DNA from: Octopus vulgaris
Lineage: Eukaryota
Assembly (NCBI GenBank): GCA_951406725.2
Contig: OX597826.1
Span: 22,382,001-22,446,000, forward strand
Length of the DNA: 64,000 nucleotides
Direction of reading: 5' to 3'
The translations under genes and the position numbers were made by a program. This document shows positions 1 to 17,005 of this stretch, one piece after another (positions within the stretch are counted from its first letter, which is position 1; each line of letters opens with the position of its first letter). A model generated the notes under the pieces. The model saw only the letters and a list, made by a program, of their open reading frames with translations. It did no database searches and was not told the DNA's origin.

Positions 1-2035
<2,035 letters not shown>

Positions 2036-2160
2036 ACCTTTATGTAACCTAAGTATTTAATTTTGTGTGTATGGAGATGTAAGAGGAGCTAACAATATAT
2101 CTGTGGAGATATTCATGGAATGTGTGTGTTTATAGATATATTTGTATATATATATATAAC

Positions 2161-2358
2161 GGGAAGCTTTATGAAAATAAACAAAAGACGAAGGCAGGTG
2201 GAAAACAAACGAACAATTGTATTAGTATGGCGCTCAGGAAATATAAATAAAACAAGTCTTTAACGTTTCGAGCCTACGCTCTTCAACAGAAAGATACACA
2301 GAGAGAGAAAAACACAGAAAGAAGGAGAGAAAAAAATGCGTGCAGTAGCTAACGAATC
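2161..2358 (-). mobile_element. Short HHR-bearing element, family A (PLE pseudo-LTR-like)
   Basis: Reverse complement aligns with the copies at 20745, 23822 and 31083. Its 3' end abuts (TA)n. Confidence 0.8.
2258..2293 (-). ncRNA. Minimal type I hammerhead motif, A6U core
   Basis: Minus strand: CTTT CTGTTGA AGAGC GTAG GCTC GAAAC GTT|AAAG. Stem I CTTT/AAAG, stem II GAGC/GCTC, palindromic ACGT in stem III. Confidence 0.75.
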
Positions 2359-2688
2359 AACATGGCGATCTGATTTCGGCCAGAGGTCAAAGATCAAACA
2401 TGAGACGCGAGAGCGAAATAAGGGGAGATAATAGGGTTGATAAATGGGTTGAGGGACCAGCTAAGAGTGCGTGGGAGGGGTCTGGATGTGTGTATGTATA
2501 GGGTTGGTGTATGTATTAGTATGTATAAGGGTGTGTGTGTGTGTGTGTATGAGAAAGTATTAGTGCGTAAGATTGGTCTGGACGTGCGTATGTATGGGGT
2601 TGGTGTATGTATTAGTATGTATTAGTACGTATTGGTATGTATAGGTGTGTGTGTGTGTGTGAGAGAGAGTATAAGTGCGTATGCGGGG

Positions 2689-3847
<1,159 letters not shown>

Positions 3848-4180
3848 TTTTTTGCTATGAAAATATTTTTTAAAAAAATAATTAACTGTATATATATATA
3901 TAACATACATGTGTGTGCATATATGTTTTAAATATGAAACAAAAATTCAAAACCCAGACAACAAAACAAAAAACCTTAATAATTTTGATTGATAATTTCA
4001 ATGTTTTTCAAATTTATTTTTATCCATTCGTTTCTGCTTCACAGAAAGAAAGAAGAGAAAAAGTAAACAAAACTAAAAAGATGTAATTACAAAACTAAAA
4101 TAGCAAAGTATTTTTTTTTTTAAATTTTCATTACTTAATTAACTCTTGTAGTTTGCTACATTATAATTATAATTTTCTAA

Positions 4181-4385
4181 GTGGGCGAGCTGGCAGAATT
4201 GTTAGCATGCTGGACAAAATGCTTAGCAGCGTTTTTCTAGCCCTTTATGTTTTCAGTTCAAATTCCACCAAGGCAGACTTTGCCTTTTATCCTTTTTACG
4301 GTCAGTAAAATAAGGTACCAGTTGAGCACTGGGGGTGGGGTCAATGTAATCAACTTGCCACCTCGCCACCAAATTTCAGGCCTTA
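4181..4385 (+). mobile_element. tRNA-derived SINE, family 1 (GGCGAGCTGGCAGAA...GTTCAAATTCC...AAGTACCAGTTG)
   Basis: A-box-like and B-box-like (GTTCAAATT) motifs. More than 10 homologous copies occur in the window. Confidence 0.85.
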
Positions 4386-4751
4386 CTAAGTACTTAAGGA
4401 AAAGCTTTTTCTCTCTCCTTCTCCTCCTCATCCATTATTGAGCTGAATAAGATTTAAACTGACAAGCAAAGTAAGCTTTACGAAATAATTATTTACAATA
4501 TATTGTTATTTTATTTTCAATTCAAACAAGAGACTAACTTGGAGTTGCTCATTGGCTGTAATAAGCTAATCCCGGTTCCTGTCATTTGTATTGCTTCTTC
4601 TTGCTATATAACAACAACAACACACATTTTAATATTCAGTGAAATTCATGTAATTGCAATTGTGTTATCCTTTTTGGTTGAAAGAATTTCCAAACCAATT
4701 TTTTACTTTGTATGTTGTTTTTTTTACAATAGTAATCTTCAAAATATTTTA

Positions 4752-5016
4752 TATCTATCTGTCTATTGGTCTGTCAATCCATTTGCTGGTCTACCTATCT
4801 GTTCATATGTTTACCTGTCTGTCTGTCTGCCTATTTGTCTGCCTGTCTATCTGCCTACCTGTCTTGCTATCTGCTTGCCTATATGTCTGTCTATCTACCT
4901 ATCTATCTGCCCATCTATTTACTTGTCTGTCTCTGCCTACATACCTGTTTGTCTATCTGCTTGTCTATTTATCTATCCTTCTACCTACCTACATATCTGT
5001 TTTACCTATCTGTCTG
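4752..5016. repeat. Degenerate tetranucleotide repeat (CTAT/CTGT/CCTA)
   Basis: Seen directly. Confidence 0.9.
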
Positions 5017-6954
5017 ACAGTTTACATTAAAGTTGTTTAAAAACTGAACATTCAAACCACCTACTTTTGGCTAAATGTGGAATTAAATTTTTTTAATGAT
5101 TTTTTTTTCCACACATTTTTCCATGCTAGCATGGGTGGGATGGTATTTTTTTGTTTGTTTTTCTGATATGCAAATTTAAATATTTGCGTTTTCCTGGAAC
5201 ATACCCTTCCTATTGTTAACCATTTACCATGAAAAGAAACTGAACCTGTTTTAAACCAAGCAAGCTGAAGTTAGTTGAGGCATACATGCCCTGTCCAGAA
5301 GCACAATACAGTAGCTGTGGTAATAAATAGCCTAGTATGGTTTGGTTCAAACTTAAAACTCTCTAAATATCAGAATTCTGGTCACTACCTTAACCTCTTG
5401 ACCATTGTAGCTATTCTGTGATGACAAGGTCCTTACCTTATATCATCTTTGGACCTGTGGATTTCACAAGATAGTTCAGTCTTACAAGTACAAACTTGCA
5501 ACATTTCATTAAATGAAAATAAAATTACTAGAAAAATGAGCTGAAGATGACTGCTGAAAGTCACAACAATACTAAATAAAGCGAAAAAAAAATTTATTCA
5601 ACATCATTTGTAAATCTTCTAATTGTGATTCGAAAATTATTATTTGTAACATTATAACATTGTAACAAATGTTTAATTTCTTGATGAAGTCTGAAGTTGA
5701 AATACTGTTTTTTTTTTTTTTATTCAGTGCTGTAATGGCTTTCATCAGTCTTTTTCATTTAAAAAAAAAAATTTTGCTAAAAAACATAATTTATTTCAGA
5801 GTTTAACTCTTTTGTTACCATGGTTTTGTTAAATTACACCGGCTTTTGTTTCAATTAATTTTGAAAATAGGGAAGAATTTAATAAGATAAATTTTGTCTT
5901 TGTTAAGCTGATGTTTAGAACATAAATTAAACAGGAGATTTTTAATTTAGGTTACTTTAAGACAGGACATATGTATCATAGAACCAAGAGTGATCTCAGG
6001 TTGGTTGATATCAAATGGATTCAGAATTTAAGACAAGGGTAGATCTCATTTCTGAGTGGTGAGATGGTTGTTGGTCATAAGGTGGAGTAGAATATATGGC
6101 TGACTCTGAGCTGAGCTTTATCATTCAGTCGTAGAATAATGTAATAAGAATAATAGATCAGGTCAACACTTTGAACCAGCAGACTAAATCAAGATTACAT
6201 GTCTACAATTGTGAGATGTGTTATCATGATAGTATTGAAGTTTCCCTGCATACGTAATCACATTTTTGTGTTTCCATTTATACGTCTTGACTGATCTTTT
6301 GTCCTATTCATTGCCAAGTTATATATATATATAGTTCTGGACTTGATTTAAACTTTGGATCATTGTTTATAAACAGCATCTTCAGAAAAGGCTTGATTAA
6401 CAAATCTTGAACCATTTAATGAATTATGGTATTTAGTTTTGCAATGTCTGCATTGTGTGTTCAAATCTTACCAGGATTAACTTTGCTTTTCATCCTGCTC
6501 TTCCTCTGGTATAATTATAATCACGATAATAATAGTCCTTTCGAATAATAATCATAATAATGTTTATAAGCCACAGGGGCCAACTAATGATAATGCCTTC
6601 TAACAATAATAATAATGGTGATGATGATGGTAATAATGTTTAATGAGTAACTTCATAGTTGCTTGGTGAGTTAAAAATAACAACTAAATATCCCTCAAAT
6701 CTTACTCTACTGAGTTATAAAAAGATTAAAAAGAACTCATTGGTAATTTAGTCCTATCTACACTAAGTTTGAGAAAAGATGGGTTTGTCATTGTTGGAAT
6801 GTCTTTAATAAGTTTTTCCCACTCATTTAGAGCTGACCTGGGGTTAAAAGGCAAAATAATTTATTTTTCTAGCATGACATTGATATTTTTTTCTTTTAAA
6901 TTTCATTATTTTATGTAACCTATAAGCTTGGTATTGTAATTAAGAATTCATTAA

Positions 6955-8003
6955 CCCTTTCGTTACTATATTTCTGACCAAAATACACCCCTTATGTGTT
7001 TCAATTAATTTCTAACATTATCATAAATTTAGTCTGGTTTCATTAAACAACTATAACTTTTTTTTATTTATCAATATATTAACGTGAATTTTGGAAGATA
7101 ATTTAATGAAATGTTCTCAACCAATTCTATACTATAATTTTTGTCACAAAGTGACTCTAATTGCAAGTAGATACAGGTAAATTCAACAAAATATAAAATT
7201 ATTAAAATTTTGTTCAAACATCGCTTGGGTATACAACAAAATTTTACGATAGAATTTGTTATTCTGGGTAACTTTCTGATACCCATAATAATATTTATGG
7301 CAAAATAGTCTTAATTTCATTTAAGGTTATGGGAAACCACTAACTATCCTTTCTTTCGCTTTGTTTACATTTAGCATAATGGTTCATTTCCGCCGTAATG
7401 ATTTCAAGTAGGCTCATTCGAAAAAGTAAAAAGAAATAGTCTAAGGCTTTACTCTTCTGGGAAAGTCTGTGGCTTGGTCCAGTTTCTTCAGAAAAATCAC
7501 CGAAAGAAACAGTTTTTAAAATTTTCACTCCATTCAGGTGCCAATTCATTTTCTTTATTGCTGTTGGAGCTCTCGGATTCACTGTTTTCACTTTCGGAAA
7601 ATGAAACATCAGATTCATTATCAAATACCACATGCTTTTTTTTTTTCAGTCATAGAGTTAGATTTATGAAGGTCTTCAGTAGAAAATCCTTCGAATTCTG
7701 ACTCGCTACTTGATATAATGAAATTCGTATCCATTTTTTGTCAGAATTACAAATTTTGAAAACACAATAGAAACAAATTTCGGAAAAAAATCTCCCAAAA
7801 TTCATGGAATTAAAATAACACTTCGATTGTTGTACAAAACTGTAGTTGAACTGTTTATGAAGTATAATACGTGTTTTCACGAATGTACTAAAGAGATTTG
7901 CTCTGATATTCTCATTTAAATATGAATAGGTAAATATGAGCGGGTTTGGGCGATTTGGTCACATTAACCAAAATTTTTTTCGGGCGGCTTGGTAACGAAA
8001 GGG
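6955..8003. mobile_element. Non-autonomous piggyBac-type DNA transposon
   Basis: TTAA|CCCTTTCGTTAC ... GTAACGAAAGGG|TTAT terminal inverted repeats. Shorter decayed relatives lie at ~5806-6020 and 17890-18110. Confidence 0.75.
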
Positions 8004-8027
8004 TTATAACAGTAAACTGGACTGGAC

Positions 8028-9075
8028 TGTGAGCTGGCAGAATCATTAGCACGCCAGGTGAAAAGCTTAGCGACATTTCGTCAGTTTTTACATTCTGAGT
8101 TCAAATTCCACTGAGGTCAACTTTACCTTTCATCCTTTCAGAGTCAATTAAATAAGTACCAGTTATGGACTAGGGTTGATGTAATCAACTTACCCTCACC
8201 CCCAAATTTCAGGCCTTGTGCCTATAGTAGAAAGGATCATCATCATCGTCATCAAAGAAATATTGTTAGTGATCTTCAATCACTAATGATGTTTCTTTGA
8301 GTAATTTGTCAACCCTTACACTCAGCCATAGCAAAAAATTAAAATTGATGCAAGTGGGGTTTCCAGTCACAATAAGCTATTTTTGGTCTAGCTACAATTG
8401 GTGACCTGGCAGGATCATTGGAGTACCGGAAAAAAGCTTTGCCGTATTTCTCTCCAATACTTTACATTTTGAGTTCAAATCCTGTCTGGTTCAACTTAGC
8501 CTGTTTTTTCTTTCTTTTTTTTTTGTGGTGGTGGGGTCTCAATAAAATAAAGTACCAATCAAATACTGAGGTCAGTGACGTTCATTAGGTCCCTCCCCAC
8601 AAACTTGCTGGCCCTGTGCCTATATTATTATTATTATTATTATTATTATTAAGGTGGTGAGCTGGCAGAATCATTAGCATGCTGGACAAAATGCTTAACA
8701 GCATTTGGTCTGTCTTCATGTTCTGAGTTCAAATTCCGCTGAGGTCGACTTTGCCTTTCATCCTTTCAGGGTTGATAAATCAAGTACCAGCAAAATACTG
8801 GGGTCAATGTAATCAACTAGTCCCCTCCCACCAAATTTCAGGCCTTGTGCTTTCAGTAGAAAGGATTAGTATTATTATTAAGGCAGCAAACTGGTGAAAC
8901 CATTATCATGCCAGACTGAGCAACATTTCTTCAAGCTCTTTACATTCTGGGTTCAAATTCTGCCATGGTTGACTTAGCTTTTCATCCCTTCTGAATCAAT
9001 AAAAATCATGTACCAAGTCAAGTACAATTAGATCTCTCCCCTCAAAATGTTTGGCCTTCTATCAAAATTAGAAAG
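8028..9075 (+). mobile_element. Cluster of four family-1 SINE copies
   Basis: Heads at ~8028, ~8405, ~8650 and ~8880. The last three are joined by (TTA)n. Confidence 0.85.
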
Positions 9076-9386
9076 AATTTTGTTTCTATAAAATTTTTTG
9101 TATTAGAAACTATTTTCCTTCTTTTTGACTTTTTATTTTTCCATTTCTTTGTCGTTAGTTGGGAAGGAGTGCACAAAGGAAATGCTTTTAGTGATTAACC
9201 CTTTGAGAATAAAATGATCTCGTTTCATAAACACCTGCCCCTTGTGTGCCCCGATTTAAAAAAAAAAAGAAAAAAATATTTAACAAAAAATAAATTTACA
9301 GGACAAATGGAGGAAACTGCGAATTCTTTTATATAGAAAAAATTTTTCAAATGAAATATCTTTATTTTTTTTATTATTACATACTA

Positions 9387-9612
9387 GGGTGGTGAGCTGG
9401 CAAAATTGTTGGCAGGCGGGGCAAAATGCTTAGTGACATTTCATCTATCTTTGCATTCTGAGTTCAAATTCTGCCATGGTTGATTTTTGCCTTTCATCCC
9501 TTTCAGGGCTGGTAAAATAAGTACCAGTTGAACACTGGGGGTTTTTACAATTGACTTACCCCCATCCCTGAATTTGTTGGCCTTGTGCCAAAATCGCAAA
9601 CTTGAAACCAAT
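9387..9612 (+). mobile_element. Family-1 SINE
   Basis: Homologous to 4181-4385. Confidence 0.8.
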
Positions 9613-9837
9613 ATCATTAATACATATCTCTTTTTATTTTCAATTCTCTAGTGTAACAAGTAAAATGAAGTGTCTCTTATCAGTTTCTCATCTTTCTCTC
9701 TCTCACACACACACATATATACACACAACAAATATCTTTTAAAATATATAGTAAGCTTAGTAAGTTCAAGAATGGGGGTGTTGCTGTTACATTTATTTCT
9801 TCATTATGATGGTTTGAAAGAGTGTAATTTTTTCTAA

Positions 9838-10059
9838 CCCATTAGCAATCAAACCAGCCATATCCAGCCCAAATATTCTTTCTGTTTTTTATTCAAACTG
9901 GACACGCCCAGCCTCTCACATCTACTCTACATTGTCATTCTAAAATTAAATCAGTCATATCACTGAAACTTTAAAATTATGAGATAATTCACAATTAATT
10001 GAAAGCAATGTGAATAAATAAACATTTACATTTGACAAAATAATCTGAATGCTAAAAGG
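9838..10059. mobile_element. piggyBac-type MITE (~220 bp)
   Basis: CCCATTAGCA...TGCTAAAAGG|TTAA. Homologous to 17666-17885 and, inverted, to ~10703-10902. Confidence 0.75.
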
Positions 10060-10134
10060 TTAATTATAAGACAGTGACTAATTAAAATACTCACTCACAA
10101 ATAATCATGCACACACGTAAGTTCCTCTTCCGAG

Positions 10135-10510
10135 CCGATGGCACATAAAAAGCACCATATGAGTATGATCGTTACCTGTGTCGCCTTACTGGCACTTGTG
10201 CTGGTGGCACGTGAAAAAACATTCAAGCAAGGTCGTTGCCAGTGCCACTGGACTGGCTCCATGTGCAGGTGGCACATAAAAAGCATCATTTGAGCGTGGC
10301 CGTTGCCAGTACCGCCTGACTGGCCCTCGTGCCTGTGGCATGTAAAAGCACCCACTATACTCTCAGAATGGTTGGCGTTAGGAAGGGCATCCAGCTGTAG
10401 AAACTCTGCCAGATCAGACTGGAGCCTGGTGCAGCCATCTGGTTTGCTAGACCTCAGTCAAATCGTCCAACTCATGCTAGCATGGAAAGCGGACGTTAAA
10501 TGATGATGAT
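10135..10510 (+). mobile_element. SINE-like repeat with internal TGGCACRTAAAAAGCAC subrepeats and a (GAT)n tail
   Basis: Related minus-strand copies lie at ~25140-25330 and ~48570-48800. Confidence 0.7.
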
Positions 10511-11394
10511 AGTATAGTTAAAAAAATTCCCTTCCCAACAACATTTGCCTTGGGTTAAGTCACCTCCATACAAACCGAAAATTGTAAGAAAACTGTCCAT
10601 CCATACTGTTAGCTAGTATTTGCAGAAATGATGACTGAGGACACAGCTTGAACATATAAACCCCTTTTCTTCTGGTTGATACTCACACATAATCATTCTT
10701 AACCCTATAACATTCAGATCATGTTTGTTTATACGCCTTGTTTTGGACTCCTCATAGATTATTTTGTAGTTTTGAGATTTTGATATGATATGATTGTTTG
10801 TTTTAGAATGGCATTGTAGGGTAGGTGTGAAAGGCCAGATCAGTTTGAATATAAAACAGATAGGATAGTTGGGCAATATAGAGCTGGTTTAAAGGCTAAA
10901 GGATTATTTCATTTCATTTCATCTAGTTTCAAGCTCACGAGCTGTGGCCATGCTGGGGTACCGCCATTTTGGATAAACAAAATATATAGATCTGAAAATT
11001 GTATGAGTTGCAAAGATAAATTCTGTTTGTTTTTTATTTTATTTGTTATTCACAAAACTTAATACACACACAATTTACTTCAGATATCTTTTAACTGTTT
11101 ATTTAATTTTTTTTCTGTTTTTTTTTTTTACTTAATTATTTATTTATTATTGTTATGTGATATCCGGAATGCTATCCAATAGTAACAGGAATGAATTTTG
11201 AAATTTAGTAATTTATAGAGAGAAAACTCTGAAGTTTTTTTTTTTTGTGTTTCTTTTTCTTTTTTTTTTTGTAGTTCCTTCTAATTATAAGGTACAAACT
11301 CATTAAAACACATACACACTCTCAGTCACTCATTCTGATAGACAAATGTGCATACACATACTTAAATTTTCACTATTCCACATTTATTAGAAAG

Positions 11395-11745
11395 GAAGCG
11401 TAACTGTGGTTAATAAATTCACTTCCCAACCACATGATTTTGAGTTCAATCTCACTGCATGACACTTTGGGAAAATGTCTTCTTCTTATAGCCCTGGGCC
11501 AACCAAAGCTTTGTGAGAAGATTTGGTAGACAGAAACTGAAAGAAGCCATGTGTGTGTGAGGGGGGTGTCACCTCCTCTTAGCATTGCACATGATGGTTG
11601 TTAAGGAGCATCACCATAATACAAGTGCTGTCATTTATTTCTAATCAACAAGTGAAGTTTAGTGACAGGAAGAGCATCCAGCAATAGAAAATCTGCTTCA
11701 ATGAATCCTGTCTGCTCCATACAATCCTGATAAAATAGATGACGA
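11395..11745 (+). mobile_element. tRNA-derived SINE, family 2 (decayed)
   Basis: Homologous to 30532-30700. Other copies lie at ~12175, ~18640(-), ~20560, ~31935 and ~35510(-). Confidence 0.75.
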
Positions 11746-14700
11746 TGACATTGATGGTGAGGCATATTGGCAAAGTCATTAGAGCATCAGCCACATTTCT
11801 TTACAGTATTCACTTCTGTGCTCTCTGAGTTCACATTCTACCCAAGTCTTCTTTCCTTTTCATAATTTGAATGTCATTCTTTCTTCCTTACTCTTTCTTA
11901 CTCTTGGGATTGTAACTGTAATTAGTTCTGCTGAATACTATAAAGCAATTTATCTGATGCGCTTATGACTTTTCTCAAGAACGCAATATACCATCTAATC
12001 TGAGTATTGAAACCATAATCTTGTGATCATGAGTGTGACACCCTAACTACTAGGCTACATGCCTTCACCCAGTGTCTGTGTAGAGTTTATATGGGTCCCC
12101 TAAACTTTTTTGAGATTTAGGGAGCCCACCTAAAAACTTCCATCTTAATAATGTAATGAATTATGTGGACACAGGCATGGTTGAATGGTTAGGTTTGTCC
12201 TGCAACTATAAGGTCTTGGTTTCCATCCCAATCTGCAAAATCTTGTACAGATGTCATTTTACTATAGTCTTAGGCCATCCCAAACCTTGAGAGAATTTTT
12301 GGTCAATAGAAATATTTGGGGCCTGTTAGATGGATTATATTTGGGATTCAAAGCTCCAGTTTCATCACATATTGTCATGCTGGTTTTGATTTGGAATTTA
12401 TATTAAGGGTACATGAGTCTGTGGAATACTTACACATTAATTTATCATGTCTGGTATCCAATTGAGCATTGAACAAACAACTAAATGCTCATTGATGAAA
12501 ATGAGAAAAGATCAATTGGTGTACTTAGGAAAAAGTAACACTCATGTCATAAAAGGATTTGAACTCAGCACTGCAAAATTATGAAATGCCCTGTACAAGG
12601 CTACAACAAACAGATAGTAAGCTGTGCCTCTCCAGAGTATCCATTTATAGCTAGGTTCAATGGGTTGTGTGACCAACTGACAAGAATGGTGCCAAAGGGA
12701 TGTTAATTGTAGGTCCCTTTGTCAGCAGTTCAAACAACACTTTATTAAAGAACCGATGAAGGAGTTTATGTGGTTGTACTTGATCTACTTGAAATAATAG
12801 CCAAATCTTCCTCAAATCACACTCTACTGCCTTAAAAGAAGGAAACATTGGTTAACGTAGTCCTAGATATATTATGTCTCTAAAAATAAGACTGGGCTGC
12901 TACATAACTGTGATGCCATTCACCAGAGGTCCATGTGATCAAGGCTGACTTGGGGTTAAAAGTGAAAGGAAAAATAAAAATCATTCTCTACAAATTCAGC
13001 CAGCTACTGCTCTTTCAAATTAGCAGAAAACACTAATTAAAATCCTTATTACAATAAATTTTCTTGAGTAGACAAAAGAAAATTTTAGACCACCCTTTAG
13101 AGCTTAAGATAATAAAAAATGCCATTTATAGGAACAGCACTCAAAACACTATTTATTTATAAATGTGGATTCAAAATCCTTTATTACCAGGAATTATTTT
13201 TATGTAAACTAAAGGAAATTTTAGACAAGCCTTTAGAGCTGGTCATCTACAGGGACAATACTTATTATGGACTATTTATAAATGTGGGTTGACCAGTACT
13301 GCCTGTTATTAAGAACTTTGGAAAAGTTAATTAAGGAGTTGCATAGAGTTGTGATGTAGTGATGGATTCCATTGTATCACCCAACCACTTTTTTTTTCTT
13401 AATTTTTTTACTTTTTCAAACTAAATAAAGCTGATGATGGCTCCCTCCACTTTTTCTAACATGGCATAGCACTGCTATAAAAAAAAGGAAAAAAATAAAA
13501 GCTGTTTACTCTTTTTCTTTTCTCCACTCAATGACAGCAATAAAATTGTTAAACTTTTCTTGCATTATTTCATATCCACACAGCCTTTAAATGATGACTC
13601 ATCACATAATCTCTATTTGTGGGTTTTCTTTTTAATGAATATTTCTTTTTTTTTTTCCCCCTCTCAGCTCTGACCCAACCTCTGCCTCTGGTCCATTTAT
13701 TGCCATTATAACAAAACAGCTTTGTCTAAATCACTAAATTATGATTATTTAAAATGTCATGTTACATCTTTTGGCTCTTTAACTGCAGACATCTTTTAAG
13801 AAAAAAATAAAATAAAATAAACCATCAAAAAAGAAGCAAAAAAGAAAATTTAATAACAATAAAAGTAAACAAAAAATATTTACTACTCATATAATTCTTA
13901 ATTTTGCATTCGTCAAATTTTCTTCATAGAAACAGAGAATAAGAAAAAGAAAATAAAAAATGTGATATAAATTCAATTTTTTTTTTTTTTTTCAATTACA
14001 TCAAAAAAATTTTCAAAAATTTCTCTCCATTTTTATCTGATTAAATCTCTCCTTCCCCCACACCATATTTTGTTTGTATTGATCTATTTATTTCCAATGG
14101 CTACATTGATTGAAACCGTTCCTTTTCTCTCTTTTTATTTTGTAATTTGTAACTCAACATCATCACATTTTATAAAATCTTTTATGTATTTTCACAAACA
14201 TGCGTGCCAAAAGTATATATTTTTTTTCTCTTTTTCTTTTTTGTGCGTGCGTATGCTTATTTAAACCATTTGTTGCATTTTTTATAATTATTATTTGGCT
14301 CACCATCTCACCTTTGTCTCCAAACATTCCAAAACTCATCCCTTTTCACTCCTTAATTGCCAAAACCCTTTACAGACTTCTCGTGGCAAGAGCTTAGTTC
14401 CAGAGTCTGAATGTAAAATAAATGAGAAAAGTTTCTCTCTCTCAGTAGAATAAGTTTATTAGGGGTGATATTCTCAGATTATCTAATACATATCCCCTAC
14501 AGCACTGGCCCCAATTTTTTGGCATCACAGATCAGTCTCATGCAAAACAATTTTTCCAAGGACTAGGGTATCCTGCACACCACCAACAAAATTCCCAATG
14601 CAAAAGAAAACCATATAACTAAGATATGTACAGGAAAAAGGTACAGGTGAAAGTAATTTTTCAAAATGAAACTCTTTGCAGTCAATAAAATAGATATAAA

Positions 14701-16189
14701 ATTAAAAATGGTCTATTGTCTGCTGATTAGGGTACTACAGTCTACACTAACCATAGTTAAATAAAATGTTTAAAATTACACGGTTCAAATAAACAAAAAT
14801 ACATTACTAGTTTGAACTTTGATCCAGACTGTTAGTTCTGCTGTTTCCTTTCTCTCTCTCTCTTGGAGTCATAGCATTTCAAGATTCTAAAATGATCACT
14901 GTTTAAGTTTGCATTGGGTTTCATGATGTGCTGTCAATCTCTCAATCAGGGTAGAAAAGTTATCTACAGATGTTGCCTGCTACCAATTCCTTTATAAGGT
15001 GCTTATTAATTAAGTGAACCAGCTAAACATTTAATTCTCACCTATGAAAATATTCCCTTCACTGGGTTTAAATCAGAGACTGTTAAAGTTAGTAATTCAT
15101 TTATTGTATTCATAAACCAGTTCATTCTGTATTTCTTACATGCACACACATTAAAGGTATTTCCTCACCTTCATTCTCTTTAATGTTTAACATCCTGTTG
15201 AAAGTCTTCTAAGTCAAAAGCCCAGTCATGTAAGAATTTTGTTACAGAACAGAAATGTATGATAGAAGCGAGTCAAAATGAATGTAAGCAGGGTTAGTAT
15301 AATTCTTGTGGTATCATACATTTCAGGACAGACTGGCTGATGCAGTTCTTTGTTGTGCTCTGTTGTATAGGAAATTAATGATAAAGGGATTAGAATTTTG
15401 GTCCGTTACATGAGAGAGTTCCCACTTTCTTCAAATAAATGTAAACAAAATTAGTGCAGATCATGTATCGTGCATTTCAGAGCTGGCTCAGTGATGCAGT
15501 CTTCTGTGCTACTGTGTTTACAGGAAGTTAGACTTAAAGCAAAATAAATCAGCATTTAATGTAATGTCTGTTTACTTCAGCTTTCTGACTACTGCCTCAG
15601 TGTCCTCCTCCAAGAGCACATGAAACAACTAAATGTTTTTTTTTTTCTTTTTGCACTAGCTTGCCTGTGCCTCTCACTTTGAAGGGACTTTTTGTAATTT
15701 AAAAAAAAAGAAGTGCATTCATTTGGAATTCATTTGTATGATTTCTCTTTGCTACAAAATAAGCCTTTAGTAACTTGTTTTTGTTTGTTTAATTATTGAT
15801 TTATTTATTTTATTTTAAATAGGTACAAGGTCAAAAGTTTGTTGGAGAGTAGGGTATGGCTTATAAACTCTAGCACACTATATAATAATTATTTCTTATA
15901 TGGGTGTAAGGTAAGAAATTTTGTAGGAGGGGTTAGTCAAAAGAACACCTGTCCATGATTGGCATTATATTTTGACTCCAGAAGGATGAATGGTAAAGGT
16001 AGCCTCAGCCAGATTTAAACTTAAATTGTGAGCTGAAATCAGGCTGGGGGTAAACTTTCACTTTCATTCTTCTGGTTTGATAAAATAAAGTTTATAAGAT
16101 CAATATAATCAGTTGCCCCGTTTCTCCCTAAATTTGTGATTTCATGTCTGTTAGAAATAATTTATTATTATTATTATTATTATTATTTA

Positions 16190-17005
16190 GTGGTATTTCG
16201 TCTGTTGTTTCATTCCAAGTTGAAATACCACCGAGGTTCACTTTGCCTTTCATCCTTTTGGGGGTCAATAAATTAAGTACCAGTGAAACATTGGGGTTGA
16301 TGTAATTGACTATACCCCTCCTCCAAATTTCAGGCCTTGTGCCTATAGTAGAAAGGGTTATTATTATTAAAGTGGCAAGCTAGCAGAGTCATTAGCATGC
16401 CAGGTGAAATGCTTAGCGGTATTTTGTCTGTCACTACATTCTGAGTTCAAATTCCATCATGATTAACCTTGCATTTCATCCTTTTTGTGGTCGATGAAAG
16501 AAGTACCAGTGAAGCACTGGGGTTGATGTAATCGACTAGTCCCCTCCCTCAAAATTTCAGGCCTTGTGCCTATAGTAGAAAGGATCATTATTATTATTAA
16601 GGCTGCGAGCTGGCAGAATCGTTAGCATACCAGGCAAAATGCTGAGTGGCATTTATGTGTCTTTATGTTCTGAGTTCAAATTCCATCGAAGTCTGCCTTT
16701 TATCCTTTCAGGGTCAATTAAGTACCAGTTACAGACAGGGGTCAATGTAATCAACTAATCCCCTCCCCCAGAATTTCAGGTCTTGTACTTTTAGTAGAAA
16801 GGATCACTATTACGATGGTGGTGAGCTGGTAGAATCATTATTAGAACACAAGACAAAATGCTTAGTGGTATTTCATCTGTGTTTGCATTCTGAATTCCAC
16901 ATTAATCCCCCTGAAGTTGATTTTGCCTTTCATCCTTTTGGTGTTGGTGTTATCCACTAGCTCCATCATCCAAAATTTCAGGCCTTGTGTCTATAGTAGA
17001 AAGAA
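16190..17005 (+). mobile_element. Head-to-tail array of four family-1 SINEs
   Basis: Repeating ~215 bp unit ending CAGGCCTTGTGCCTATAGTAGAAAGG followed by (TTA)n. Confidence 0.9.

Noticed and set aside
10135-10355. Regularly spaced TGGCAC.TAAAAAGCA repeats, superficially CRISPR-like
   Set aside because: Spacers are homologous to each other, the context is a eukaryotic SINE, and there are no cas genes.
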